Positions 26,300 through 39,834 of a DNA stretch of 64,000 nt are shown piece by piece (the first letter of the stretch is position 1; the number at the start of each line of letters is the position of its first letter). The translations under genes and the position numbers were made by a program. Source of the DNA: Camelus dromedarius (Eukaryota); NCBI RefSeq assembly GCF_036321535.1, contig NC_087436.1:54128001-54192000 (forward strand), in the 5' to 3' direction. A model generated the notes under the pieces. The model had not been told where the DNA came from. It saw only the letters and a list, made by a program, of their open reading frames with translations, and did not search any database.

Positions 26300-26700
26300 T
26301 TGCTTTTAGCTGCCAAGTATGCCAGTACTTGATGCCCACTCCCATCGTACCTTCCAGATGCAAAGCTTATACTCTCGAGCCCGTGGCTCAGGCCAGGTCA
26401 ATCAGAATGCATCCTCCTCTGGTGAGGTAAGTCATGTGATCCAAGCTGCAGTATCTCACTAGGATTGTTCTAGATGGAGATAGCGAGGAAGACCTTGCTT
26501 TCTAATGCTAGTCAGAAGTTTGTGAAAATGGATGCCAGTGATCTTATTTCTCATCTTGTGGAGAATGCCTGTTTGCAGTAGGAGATAGTGAAACCACCAG
26601 AGAGACAGCAGAGTTACAGATGCAGTGAGACATAAGAGAGAAAGAGAGAGGCAGACAGACAGAGACCAAGAAACACTGAGTGCTGTTTCCAGGTCTGAGG
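26300..26700. mobile_element. LTR16-like ERVL LTR fragment
   Basis: CAGGCCAGGTCAATCAGAATGCATCCTC..GTCATGTGATCCAAGCTG..GAGAATGCCTG motifs. Confidence 0.4.
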
Positions 26701-28239
26701 TTCTAAAAGTTGACATTCCTCAGGGTGTTTGTCAATGAAAATTTCTGGGCACAGGCAGCTGCCTCCTCAGCTCTGTATCAAAATTCACCATCTGGAGCTG
26801 AAAGCAGCACTGTTCATGCCCAGGGCTTAGAATATGTCTTATATAAACAGTTCCTTCAACCTCTGGACTCCAGGTCCTTATCTTCAACCAGCAATGTCCT
26901 CAACTCACATCCCCCAAGAAAAGCAACTCTTTTTAGGTATAAAGGAGTTGTAATCTCAGGGGAGACATCCACTAAGGGAACCAAATCTGTGGAAATTCAA
27001 CTTTACCAGGTGAACAGTCCTTTGTATAATTAAACAAATCCTTCTTTTAAAAACTGTAGTCTTTGCTGTATATTTACGTAAAAAAAATTCTGAAGGTTTA
27101 ATCAAAACAAAGGGGCTTTTGTCCCAAATGTGGTTCTGTGTTGTTGTGAAACAACAACAAAAAATTATTGGCAACTTTGAAATGGCATTTTTTTTCAGCC
27201 TCTACTCTTCTAAACCAAGATGTCAAGATTCAGTCCTAGCCCTAGCTCAAGGTATCCTGCAACGTTTTTCCTCCTGTGCAAGTGTGTGCAAGAACCTTTT
27301 CACAGCTTATGCCCCACAAATTGGAATGTAACCCATTGGCAGGTGGCTTTCTTTTCTTTCATTTCGCTCCAGATGTCATTATATAAAGCTCCTATGCAGA
27401 TCATAAACATCAGAGTGGGGTTATTCTGTGACTGGTTAGAAGTGTAGGACTGAAAGCGAAATGCCAAGGAAAGAAACAGAAGCAGGAGAAACTACAGTGG
27501 AGGTAATTAGTTGAATTAATCTGTCATGTGGTGGGTTCAGAGTGCGGTGACTTTAAGGACACCTGTGGCACATTCTTGGGGACAGGACTAGAAGCCTTCA
27601 AAAAACACTAGGTTAGAGCATAATGCAAGTTCGAAGATAACGCAGTCCTCAGAGCTCTATTGGGGTCTAATGCAGGCCCTTCTAAGGTCTTGTCCTGCCT
27701 CTTCACATCGTTGTCAGCGTGGTAACAGCTGTAGTCTTGATCAGTCTCTTTCATATTAAGTTTTCACAATAGCTCTCTCTTCAGTCTCGCCGCTTTTGCC
27801 ACTTGAGTGGGTTCCTGACCTGGCCCCACTCTTCTTTCTGCTTTTATTATTTGTATTAAGAGCATAAAGGGGATTTTGACCTACTGTATAACATGGGATA
27901 TGACACAAGACAGTTTTGGTATTGTTTTTGTTCCTATTAAGAAAAAGGATGGATATCTTAAATAAATACCCAGAATAACCATAAGTAGGACTATTAGAAA
28001 AGCTGAGCTGCAATGAGGATCAGATTTCAACAGGAGAATGACAATTAATCATTGGATCAGCCTCATTTTCCCTCCAGCACCATCATGCTGTTCAGTAAGA
28101 GATAAGAAGCAGATATTGGGGGAAGATTCAGGGTTTGGTGAGATAACATAGGTCCACTGCATGGTTAGGAAAGGCCAGGGTGTTGAACTTCTGCAGAAAC
28201 GGCTGTATTAAATATTACCATCTTGGAATCTTGGTGTTT

Positions 28240-28640
28240 CAGATATGACAGATGGGCCCAGATAATACCCATTCCACCCACCTCCCTGATTTTTTCTTAC
28301 CTGGCTCTATTATAGCAGCTGTGAAACCTGAAAACTCAATCCCCCAGCCTTTCTTGAAACTGAAGTGGCCATGTGATGCGGTTCTAGCCAACATGGTATA
28401 AGCAGAGGTGATTTATTGCCACTATTCTCCCTCTCTTCTTTTTGCTTGGGTTGAGGTTTTGAGGCTTGGAGGCACTAATGCCATGAGGCAACAACTAAGA
28501 GGACAAATGCCAGCACGGTCAGGATGATGGACTAAGAAGGTATAAAAAGCCTGGGCGTTCCATGGCATTGTTGAGCCGTAGCACCAGTCTGGAACTGCCT
28601 ATCCTAGGACTTGCGCCAGTGAGACTGTAAACTACTCTGT
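28240..28640. mobile_element. LTR33/LTR16-like ERVL LTR
   Basis: GTGGCCATGTGATGCGGTTCTAGCCAA..GAGCCTGGG-like..GGCATTGTTGAGCCG..GGAACTGCCTA motifs. Confidence 0.5.
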
Positions 28641-29551
28641 TAATCTAGTGCTTCTCATCATTTCCCATATCTTAGCACACAAGGAGATGCTAATATTCAT
28701 ATTCCACATGTAGGTAGATGGACAAAGCTGCTTAGGACTGGAGGCAATCGCTCCTTAAATGCCTACTCCAAAGACCAAACGATCACTATCTCAGCTTATT
28801 TTTAACCATCAGCAGCTCTCAGAGAATTCTGATTTAAGCCACTTTCCGTTGGGGTTTCTTTTCCCTGAAGCTGAACGCATTTTTGATTGCACTAGAGTTT
28901 GAAGAGAGTCTTAGGAGGCAAGAAGGTAACTTTTAATCTGAGAAAGATGAAGGTAAAAAGCAAGTTAGCCTCTGTAAGGTAACAGTGAAAATGTGGCATA
29001 TAAAAAAGAAATTCTGTCAAAAAGGAGGGATTGCTGATGTAAAGAATCAAAGGGTTGCTCATTGTGATGAGGAGTGAGGAGAAGATCAAAGGCCCGGCAG
29101 GTGCCTGGCTGTGGAATGGAGATGAGGGTCTACAGGATCAAGGACTAAGGGAACTGCAGCTGTTAAATTACCTTTGGATATAGAGAATACTGGTGTAGGG
29201 AAAGAAGGTATCCAAGGAGCAGGAAGAGGTCTCTGCTAGATGAGAACTGTAACACTGTGAAATGGGACAGGGGACATAGACTGAGGATTCACTTCCACAG
29301 GATGAGCCTGGAAGGGAGGGTGCTCACTCTATAGTCTAGAAGCAGCACTGGGAACCTAGGAGAACAGCAGTTCTGAGGAATGGACCATATATTTCTCCTT
29401 CTCTCAACCTTGCCACTCCTCCCCTCCCCCCGCAGCCCCACACACCTTCCCAGACCTTTTCCTGCTCTTCCTCCTCTGGGCAATTTAGGTTGCATTGCAC
29501 TGAAATTAAAATATATAGATTGAGTAGGTTTTTCCAAATCCCCTTCCCTGA

Positions 29552-30050
29552 CGTCAAAGGTTCTCTCCTTGATGAAACTCTACTCAGTCTTCGCTGAACT
29601 CTTTTTCATCTAGGCCTGACTTTGGACTTGAGTGTTCCTTTCAGCATTTTCCAGTTTTAGCAAGAATTCTAGTAAGTCAGTTGAACTAGAATCCCCCATC
29701 CTCCATATCTGATCACCCTCAATATCTAATTTGGTTCCTATCTGCCACCCCCACCCCCAGGTGGTATCTGATCCCCCTGGCCTGCCTTCAGCAAGAATCC
29801 TGTTAGGTAGTCTAGCCAGAATCTCCCCTTACTCCTGATGTTTCCTCTTAGTAATGACCACACCCCACTCTGCTCCTTGGCTAAAAATTCCCACTTGCCC
29901 AGGCTGCATTGGAAATTGAGTCCAATCTCTCTCTCCCACTGCAAGATCCCATTGCAGGTGTCCCTATACCCATTGCAATGGTCCCCCATGAGAAAAATCT
30001 GCCTTACTTACCATCTTCAACAAGGGTCACAAATAGTATTTTCTTCAACA
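29552..30050 (+). mobile_element. ERV1 solo LTR, MER31-like
   Basis: GTCAAAGGTTCTCTCCTTGA..AAACT..TTTTAGCAAGAATTCT..AGAATCCCCCATCCTCCATATCTGATCACCCTC..TTTTCTTCAACA. Confidence 0.75.
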
Positions 30051-30266
30051 ATTTGAATAATATTTTTACTCTAATATTGATTAGGAGTTAAAAATGCTTA
30101 ATAATAATTATTATTGTAGATAACATAGGTATTACAGACAATACATTGTTGAACATATACTGGATGTCTGGTATCATTCAAAGTGCTATACAATTATTAA
30201 CTCTTAATCGTCATAAAAACCCAACCAACTTTGTGTTAAGGCAGCTTTGAGAATTATGATTTGGGG

Positions 30267-30569
30267 TGTGAAAGACAAAATATACTAGACAATTAAGGAG
30301 ATGATTTTATTTGGATTGCAGTAAAGAGAGTATTTATTAATGAGGAACATCTCAAAGAAAAGGGAGGGCTTGGGGTTTTATAGAGGCAGATAAACCAGGC
30401 TGTCACCTGCCCGTTGGGGGTTATGAGGAATGGCAGAGACATCTTGGAATATGTGAGGCCAGACATGTGGCTTTGTGGTTAGCCATTTCCTGGAACACGA
30501 AAGGGTACAAAGATTTTTCAGTCACTGCTTCTCAAAATACAGGGTTCAAATAAAAGTTCAACATTGTCA
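30267..30569. mobile_element. Short LTR-like element
   Basis: TG...CA bounded segment with GGGGTTTTATAG (reverse TATA) and TTTATT; family not recognised. Confidence 0.35.
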
Positions 30570-31240
30570 GGTGAATGAAGAATGAAAGAAGTATTTGAAT
30601 GTAGCAAGCAATTTTATGATAACTTCCAAATTCTACGTCTCTAATTCAAACTCTTTAACATTAATTATAAGCAAAGCCTATTATTGTACATATTATCCAA
30701 AATTACCTGTTGTTAAATTTAAGGAGGATGGAAAACTTAGGATCATCCTCAGTGCTACATTTTAAGAAAAGACAACATGTGACAGACAACTGGTTACTTG
30801 TGATACAAAATGATTACTTAAAGTTTTTAATAAACTTCACAATGTTTTGTTTGTTTGTTTGTTTGTTTGTTTTAAATAGTATCAACAATGAGAGGCCACC
30901 CAAGAACATAAGAAGAAGAAAAATGATTGCCCTCTGGGAAAGTTATTCTTACGGCTTTTTAAAAATAGAAACAGGTCTTTCTGGGTCATAGTTTATCCCC
31001 AGAGCATCAAATTGTGCTTTTCAGAGCATAGGTACTCATTATTTGCTTAAATTAGTGACTTTGAAGGAGTAAACTTGGAGCCTGTGTGGAACTACAGGAC
31101 TCAGGGGTTTGGGAATGCCTCAAACCCTAACCAAAACAACCTAGATGAAATCTTGAAAGGCAAGTCTGGAATGTGATTAAAGTTTATTAAGCAAAACCCT
31201 AAGCAGTGGTATTATACCTTATTTAGAGAGATGATGTAAA

Positions 31241-31737
31241 TGTAGGGGGTCAAAACACGCCACTTCAAAATATGCCATCTTGGCATATTAACTGTTTTGA
31301 GCTAAAGATGCTAGAAAAACAAAAGATGCAAGAAAGGCACACTTATCTCCTTTTTGCTTCCTGAAAACCGGAGCAAAATCTCCCATGTAAAAGTTGCCCC
31401 TTCCTGCACCTGGAGGAAAAGAACCTTCTTATCACCAGAGACAGGGAGTCAACGTTGTGAAGAAACTGCACAAACACACCTTGTTAAAATCACCCTTATC
31501 TTCCTTTAGTCTCCCTGTATATTTTACTTTCCTCACAATGACTACAGTTTTTTCACTCTAGTATATAAGTACATAGGCCTAACCACTTTTGGGATCTTCA
31601 TTTTCCTGTGAAGACATCAATGAACATGTAAAAGTAAAATTTGTATACTTTTCTCCTATTAATCTGTCTGTATCAATTTTATTCTCGGGTCCAGTCAGAG
31701 ACTCTAAGGATAGAGGAAAATTTTTGCCTCTCTTACA
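31241..31737 (+). mobile_element. ERV1 solo LTR, MER34-like, 4-bp TSD
   Basis: TGTAGGGG..CAAAATATGCCATCTTGGCATATT..TTTTGAGCTAAAG..CTCTTACA; TAAA on both sides. Confidence 0.85.
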
Positions 31738-33845
31738 TAAACAAACAAGTAAGTTCTGTATGGGGTCGAGAATATGAAACCCCCAAAGACAGAGTTGCTA
31801 ACGGCGACCCAAGCACTGTGCAGGCAGAGAACGCTCAGACTGATAAAAATGAGTAGGTGAGTGCCCCAGGCTGCTTTAACTGGATTCCCTTAACCTTTCG
31901 AAATGTATAAAAGATGTCCCTAGTCTAATCCCATGCTTACTAAACAACATTGAAATTCTAATTTACCTTGCTGTGGCTGTCAGAGGAGCAAATCCTGGAT
32001 TTAGTGCTAACCATGGCGGAACTGAGCTGCAACTATATATTTAGCTATTTCTTTACAGATACATCGTTAATTATTCTACCTTGGAAACTGAGAGGCTGAG
32101 AAACACATGCAATAACATTGTTAGAATTTTATTTTAGATAGATTTCTCAGGCTGCAGTGTGGAGACTGGATTTAAGAAATGTAAGACTGGGGATCAGGCA
32201 GATTAGTTAGAAGGGAGATTTTGAGGTTGTCTAGGTGGGAGAAAATGAGGACCTGAATTAGGAGTCTGTAGAAATGTGGAGCCAAAACAGGAAACAGTTC
32301 TCTGTTTCCCTTCCTGGTGTTGAGTACTATTTTGTAAATCTGCTTATTTTATAGGTGAGTAATGTTATCTTATTGATGTTTGGATTTTAATGTTTTTTAT
32401 TAAAAAATGAAGATAAAAATTTATCACTTGATTAATTATTTTATTTAACTACTGTTTAACTTTTAAAATTTAATTTTCCTTTTATAAAATGCTTTAGACC
32501 TTAAATGTACAAGGGATTCAAATTACCTAGAATTAACCAACAATGGTAATAGGGACATTTAAACACACAAAATCAAGTAGCACCAATTGAAATGCAAAGC
32601 AATCCTATTTTACTTTAATGTAATACATTAACTTTGGTCTGACCTTCAGCTTTGATTTACACAAAGTTGCCTGGGAGACAGAATTTACTGTCTCAGCACA
32701 GACCAAAGGATTTGCATTGTAAAAAATTAATTCTAAGAAATTGAATAAGTTCATCCAGAATTCAATCAGTCCCAAGCCTCAAGAAAATAATTTTTTAAAT
32801 GACACTAGAAGAGCAATTCATAAGGAAATTCCCTTATAATATTTTTCCTCCTGATGTTTATTTAATATAAAATAAGCAAAGATAATAACACATAGGACAT
32901 TTTTTGTTAAAAGAAAGTGAAATTATCCACAATCCCATGACCACAACATGTCTTCTTTAATTTTTTTTTAACTCTTTAGTTTTTGTATCTGTGTAGTTGG
33001 TGTGAGTTTGATACCTTTATAGTGTTTGGGAATTCACTCAAAAGAATACCTTCCCTTTTAAATGGAGATGCTAATGGATTCTCTACAGCACCAACAGCTA
33101 GACAGACCTATCAGTAGTTTCTATTAGCATTAGATACTATTTCAGTGATACGCTGAACAATTTCTTTCCATGGACCAAAGATTCTTACAACTCAAACTCA
33201 AATTGAAAGATGTGTAAATAGCCTTTTTAAATCACTTTACAAGTCATTTCAACTTTAGTCATTTCCTTTTCTTCTGTTGCTCTCAAAAAAACACTTGCTG
33301 GTTTGAATGTAATATGAAAGCACTGTAGCATTGTGAAAAGAATTCTGAAATCAGAACTGGGCTTTTATCTTAGCCCTGTAACCTATGTCACACATTTATC
33401 ACCAATCTTTTTGAACTTTAGCTTTCTCTTCTGTAAATAAAAACTTTACATGATTCTTCCAAGAATTAGATAGTGCCAAATCATGGATTATACACTCAGT
33501 GAATCAGTGAATGTTAATTCTCATTCTGTATATTGTTTTTAAAATGATGCTCCTTTATACTTAATTATGAATTGACCTAATGAGTGTGGTAAAAAATATC
33601 AATGCAGAAAAATCCATGCTTACTTGAGCTTTCCTAAATACATGTGAGTGTGTCCTTTGATCGATAGCTATAATAAATGTCTGAAATACCTTTGCCTTTT
33701 TTCCCCCCAACACTGCCTCCAATTCTTAAAATTGCTTGATTAAAAGCAAAGATTGGAAAACAAAGCAAAACAAAAAAATAATGTAAGCAATAACAACAGT
33801 GGAGAATTTATGAAGTTGCAAAAAATTGTTGAAGTTATGAATAAT

Positions 33846-36485
33846 TGTACTGAAAGTTCTAACCAGAGCACTTAGGTAAAAAAAAGAAACAAAAGGCATC
33901 CAAATTGGAAAGGAAGAAGTAAAATGCTCTCTGTTCTCAGATGATATAATCTTATATATAGAAAAATTGTGAGATTACACACACACAAAAAACAAAAACC
34001 TGTTAGAACTAACATATGAATTCAACAAAGTAGTAGGATACAATATTAACAAACAAAAAATAAATTGCATTTCTATGCAGTTACAGTGAACAATCTGAAA
34101 AGAAATGAAAACAATTCTGTGTATAGCATCAGAAAGAATAAAATGCTTAGGAACTCACTGAGAATGTGAAAGACTTTTACAACAAAAGCTACAAAATGTT
34201 TAAAGAAATTTAAAAAAATAAATAAATGAAAACACATTCCATGTTCATGGATTGGCAGATTTATACTGTTAAGAAGTCAGTACTACCAAAAGCAATCTAC
34301 AGATTCAACACATACCTATCAAAATCCCAGCAATTTTTTTTCCCCAGAAGCAGAAAAATCTATGCAAAAATTCATATAAAATCTCAAGGAATCCCAAATA
34401 GCCAAAACAGTTTTGAAAAAGGAGAACAAAACTGGAAGACCCACATTCCTGATTTCAAAACTTACTATAAAGTAACAGTAATCAAAACAGTGTGGTACCG
34501 GCATAAAGACAGACATGTGGATCAGTGGAATAGAATAGAGAGCCCAGAAATAAATTCTTTTCATATACTGTCAACCGATTTTTGACCAGGATTCCAAGAC
34601 CATTCAATGGGAAAGACAGTCTTTTCAACAAATTGTGTTGGTAATACTGTATATCCACATAGAAAAGAATGAAGTTGACCCCTTACCTAACATCATACAA
34701 AAGTTAACTGAAAATAGATCAAAGATATAAATGTAAGAACTAAAACTAAAAAACTCTTAGAAGAAAACATAGGGCAAGAGCTTCACGACATTGGATTTGG
34801 CAATGACTTCTTGGATATGACACCAAAGGCACAGAAAACAAAACAAAACAAAAATAGACCAAGTGAACTTTATAAAAGTTAAAAAATTGTGTGCATGAGA
34901 AGACAGTATCAATAGAGTAAGAAAGGCAAACCACAGGACAAGAGAAAATATTTGGGAATCATATATCTGATAAGGGATTAATACAGAGGACTCCTAAAAC
35001 TCAATACTAAAAAACCAAACAATGCAATTAAAATATGAGCAAAGGATTTGAATAGACATTTCTCCAAGGAAGATATACAAATGGCCAATAAACATATGAA
35101 AAGATACTCAACATCACCATGCATTAGGGAAATGCAAATCAAAAGTATAATGAGAGCCCATCTCACACCCATTATGATAGCTATTAGGATGTAGAGATAT
35201 TAGAACCCCAGTGCACTATTGGTGGGAATGTAAATTCCTGTATCCACTGTGGAAACAGTATGATGCTTCCTTAAAAAAGTAAAAATCAAATTACCATGTA
35301 TCTAGGAATTTCATTTCTAGATATATACCCCAAAGAATTGAAAGCAGGATCTTGAAAAGATATTTGTATATCCACATTCAGAGCAGCATTATTCACAATA
35401 GCTAAAATATGAAAGCAACCCAAGTGTCTATCAGCTGTTAAGTGGGTAAGCAAAATGTGGTATACACATGCAATGAAGTATTGTTCAGTCTTAGAAAGGA
35501 AGGAAATTCTGATATTTGTTACTACATGGTTGAACCTTAAGTTGGACATTATGTTAAGTAAAATAAACCAGTCATAAAAAGACAATGCTTATGATTTCAC
35601 TTACATGAAGTACTTAGAGGAGTCAAAATCACAGAGACAGAAAGTAGAATGATGGTTACCAGGGGCTGAGAGGAGGTGTGAATGAGGAGTTGCTTAGTGG
35701 GTATAGAGTTTTACAAGATGAAAACAGTTTTGGAGATGGTTAGTGGTGGTGGTTGTGAGACAGGATGGAAGGGGGCAGGGCACAGCCATTCAAGGAATGC
35801 TACAGCAATTAACATCAAAATGGTGAAAGATTCAACTTCCAGTAGGCCTTGAGGCTCAGAATGATGAGAGATTTAACTTCTAGTAGACCTTGAGCTTCAT
35901 TATACACTCATTGTAATATATTAACATGGTGAATAACATGCCCACAGGCACCATGGCCGTCCCAGGGCTAACCACAAAAGGTCAAAGAGTGGGAAATGGC
36001 CAACTTCCTGGGAATCCCAGCCCCTTCCCCAGGCTACTTAGACTGGTCCTTCCACTTTTTAGCATGTGAAGCCACCAAGCCCATAAAAACTGAAAACACA
36101 GTGCCTCAAGGACGCCTTTCTCTCTCCCTCTTCAGAGACAGCCCACATTCTGTCTATGGAATGTGTACCTACTTTTAATCTGAGCACCCACCCCTAACAC
36201 CTCATGGCTTTTCAATGCATCGCTCTGAATAAATCTATCTTTACTCAACCATGGCTTGCTCTTGAATTCTTTCCTGCATGAAGTCAAGGACCCATGTTTG
36301 GGGGGAGCATGTCCCAGGGGCTCAACGAGACTTGGGACACAGCCCTTCTCATGCCCCACATCTGTTTTCCTGCATCAGTTGCACAATATTATGAATATAT
36401 TTAATACCACTGAACCACACACTTAAAAAAGTTAAGATGGTAAATATTGTATGTATTTTACCACAATAAAAATGAAAAAAAAAAC
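33846..36485 (+). mobile_element. L1 (L1MA/MB-like) 3' part of ORF2 + 3' UTR, interrupted by an LTR
   Basis: [20 protein letters not shown] motif; PDFKTYYKVTVIKTVWY..DQWNRIESPEIN (ORF 34226-34585); TATGAATAAT at 33836-33845 and 36486-36495. Confidence 0.93.
35756..36377 (+). mobile_element. ERV1-type solo LTR inserted in the L1 3' UTR, 4-bp TSD
   Basis: TGAGAC..GCATCA termini, GTTG duplicated (35752-35755, 36378-36381), TATA-like CATAAAA ~36083, AATAAA ~36228, ~41-bp internal tandem repeat at 35817-35895. Confidence 0.88.
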
Positions 36486-36752
36486 TATGAATAATAATAG
36501 TTAGTTATCCCTAAAATTTCTTGAAGTCTTCTCGTTTGTGTAACTTCTCTGTTGTTTCCTAGCCCCATGCCCTGCCTAACACAGTGGGTGTGACCTGAAG
36601 AAGCCCCATAGGCATATGTTCTTTGCAGCTCATCTCACAGAAGGAAAGAGTAAAGACCATCCAACACTGTTTGCAACCAGATTCTGGCAACTTGAGATGT
36701 ATTCTGGTTCCCACCATGGCAAAAGACAGTAGAATTTCTAGTGCCTTATAGA

Positions 36753-37345
36753 TATGGAAGGGTATCAGAATATACTACCCAAAATATGTCTCTTTGGCAT
36801 TTGGATTATTTTGAGCTACAGACCATTTAGAACCAGCAGATGCAGGAAAACCCCTAAAAACAGGACACAAGTGCAAAAAACTTTAAACAAACAAACAAAT
36901 AAAAGACAGAACGTAAGTTTACTTTCTGTGAGGGAAATTACATTCATAAAGGAAATTTTCATTTGTAGAAATGTCTCCCTCTCTCCTACCAGGGAGAGGG
37001 GGACTCTTAACTCTTATCAACGAAGAAAGCACCAGCTTGAAACTGCATAGTAAAACTTACTAAACAACCTTGTTTACCATACTTTTCCGGGTCACTTTCA
37101 TATAATTTGCCTCCCCTGCCCCAAAGCCTCCAACCAAACTCCTTTTCCTTTGTTGGTCTTTAAACTCATGTTCTAACCATCCATTTAAGTTATCACTGAG
37201 GGCTCCCCTGTGTGTATGTGTAATGCACATGTTAATAACCTGTTTGTTTTCCTCTTGTTAATCTGTCTTTGGTCAGTCTAATTTGCAGGACCCTAGCTGG
37301 TAATGCTAAGAAGGTTAGAGGAAGAGATTTTTCTCTTCACCTACA
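36753..37345 (+). mobile_element. ERV1 solo LTR, MER34-like
   Basis: CAGAATATACTACCCAAAATATGTCTCTTTGGCAT..GATTATTTTGAGCT..CTCTTGTTAATCTGTCTTT..CACCTACA; similar to 31241-31737. Confidence 0.82.
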
Positions 37346-37431
37346 GCATCTTCCTTTTCCCTCTGGGCACAAATCTTGGATGTGCCCCTTCTCTACCTTG
37401 GATCTGGGTCTTTGATTCTCATGGATAGTAT

Positions 37432-37894
37432 TGTGAAGGAAAAGCTGGGCTAGTCTAACAAGATAACTCAGAGGTCTAGGAATGTGAAGGAGAGGCTGGG
37501 CTGGGCTAACAAGATAACTCACAAGTCTAAGTATTGGAATACTGATCTGAGTTCTGCTGGACTAACTTGTAAATCTAAGTTAATTAGTGTTGGTTTGCTG
37601 TTTATGTTTTTTGCTAGCCAGCTGGATTTTCAAAGATACATATCTGGCTTTGGAATGTTGGTTTGCTGCCTCCCACCTCCACTTTTGTGATGATAATGAT
37701 GCTAAAGCTGTTCCATGCCTTTTGGCCAAATACCCCAAGCTTGTACTTTACCCTATAAAACCTCATGCGCATGTCTTGGAGGTGCTCAGAGCTTCGGAGC
37801 AGAAGCCCCTCTGAGCCCGCCGGCGTAATACATCTGAGGACTCCAACCCTCCGAGTGGTGCTTGTTTCTTGACTGGCCTGTCATTTCCATAACA
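37432..37894 (+). mobile_element. Young ERV1-type solo LTR, perfect 4-bp TSD
   Basis: TGTGAAGG..CATAACA, GTAT on both sides, TATAAAA 37754-37760, AATACA 37827-37832, CpGs retained. Confidence 0.88.
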
Positions 37895-38999
37895 GTATAA
37901 CCTTGACCAAATTACTTGCTACTTCTTTCCATTGTCTCAAGATTTCACCCTTAAATGGTAAGAATGACATCAGTTATTCCTACCTGTAAGCCTGCTGTGA
38001 AAATCAGAACTAAGAGATTTGATAATTACTCCATGTGAAGGACCAAGTTGACAGAAATTCCTATGAGGCCATTGGAAAGAGCATATTCTGCCTATATGCT
38101 GGTGAACTTGTTGGAGTTTAACTGTAATTCTGCTCTAAAGCAAAGTGACATTGAGAGTTTCTTTTTCACTACAATCTTACTGTGAGGCTCTGACAAGAAA
38201 GAGCTTGGCAACCTGGTTGGGAAAACAAAACACAGACAGAAATGAAAAACTTATTGAACAGCAGCAAATTCTGCCATGTATCTGGCAACCTTTATTTTTT
38301 TTTCCCTTCCTGACTCAAGTCTCATATGTCATTGATCAAGTACAAGTCCTCTCCTTTTCCTCTTAATTCCTATGGTACCTAGTTATATGAATTATAATAA
38401 TTTCGATGCATATATTTTCTCTGTTGGTTTTCCATCAGCAATAGCCCTGTTAGCAGGATGTACTCATCCTTGTATTTGAGTGGGTTTGCCTGACTGATTC
38501 CTGGTTACTCAACATTCATGGCCAATCAATACCCCCTTCTCTTTTTCATGAAGACTTTCATTACTTATGTTAATATATTCAATAAATTATCTCAAATCTT
38601 GCAGACTTGACTTGGCAGGAATTCTGACTTTCAGGTGACTTTGCCTATAAATCAATAATATGTAAGTACCTAGTTTAACTCTTTGAGGGCAGTCCTGTGT
38701 TCCCAGTATCCAAAGTCTTGTGCGACCACCCACTATAGCACTCTGTACTGACAACTGTAGACAGTAATGCTCTACTTACAGCTGCATTTGAGGTTGGTGC
38801 CATATCCCAGAGGTCAATAGCTATTTTAATTGTGTGAGATGGTGTTTTAGGAAATCTCATAAGCATTGTTCCTCCTTGTAATTATTTCACTTGAGCTTAG
38901 GTCCCCTGCTGTTATATTATTTCCATGTGCCCACATTTGCATATTTCCATTGTGATAAACATCTGCATTCATCCTTATTTCTTTCCCTCCTGTCTTAGA

Positions 39000-39500
39000 A
39001 GATGAAGCATCCCTCCCACAGCTCAACCCACAACAATCTGGCTTCTGCTTATCCCCCACCCCTTTCACCCCATGACTGAAATTATCTTTACTAAAATAAC
39101 ATAATGCATTAAAATTGCCAAATTCAGTAGATTCTTTTCAATACTCATCTTAATGAATCTCTTCTCTACTTCTGATTGCTGGGCAAGCACTTCTCAAAAC
39201 ATCCTTTATGCTCTTGCTTTCCTGACATTATTTATTTGGACTCTAATCATATATGCCTAACTGATTTTATTATTTTCCTTCACAGGCCCCTTCTCTTTTG
39301 CCCACAGATTTTTAAACTTGGTTGTTTCTTAGAGTTCTTTCTGTTTTTAGGCACTGCTCTTCTCTTTTTCTCTCTCATGTAGGGTGACAATTAACATGAT
39401 TTTAATTACCTCTTATATGCTGACTTTCAAATCTCTATCTCAACCCTGATCTCTCCTGTATTTATATAACCAATTACTTACAAGTTCCTGAGCATTGGTT
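39000..39500 (+). mobile_element. LINE-2 fragment
   Basis: CAATCTGGCTTCTG..ACTGAAATT..TTGCCAAATTCAGTAG..TATATGCTGACTTTCAAATCTCTATCTC. Confidence 0.6.
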
Positions 39501-39834
39501 ATGTTTCAGTATTTCATACCATGAAAATAAAGCATCATTTTTGTTGACAAAATTTAAATTCCTCAACTATATTTATTAGTATTAGGTAGAAATTTTTCAT
39601 GTCATCACAGAGGCATATTTCATATAGTCTTCTGAGATTTTTATATTTCATTTGATTTGTGGATTAAAAAAGGGAGAAAATGAAATACTTTCTTAAACAT
39701 GTAAGAAATTAAAGATTATATAACTGCAGCTAAACATATGTATCTCTCATTGTAGTGTCTAGTGTTCTTTACCCAATGCTATGTCTCCAGATGTGACTCT
39801 ACTAGTTTTTTATCACTAAATTGATCAATTAAAA

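Noticed and set aside
37432..37533. CRISPR-like or satellite array
   Set aside because: Only two adjacent diverged units inside an LTR, no spacers, mammalian context.
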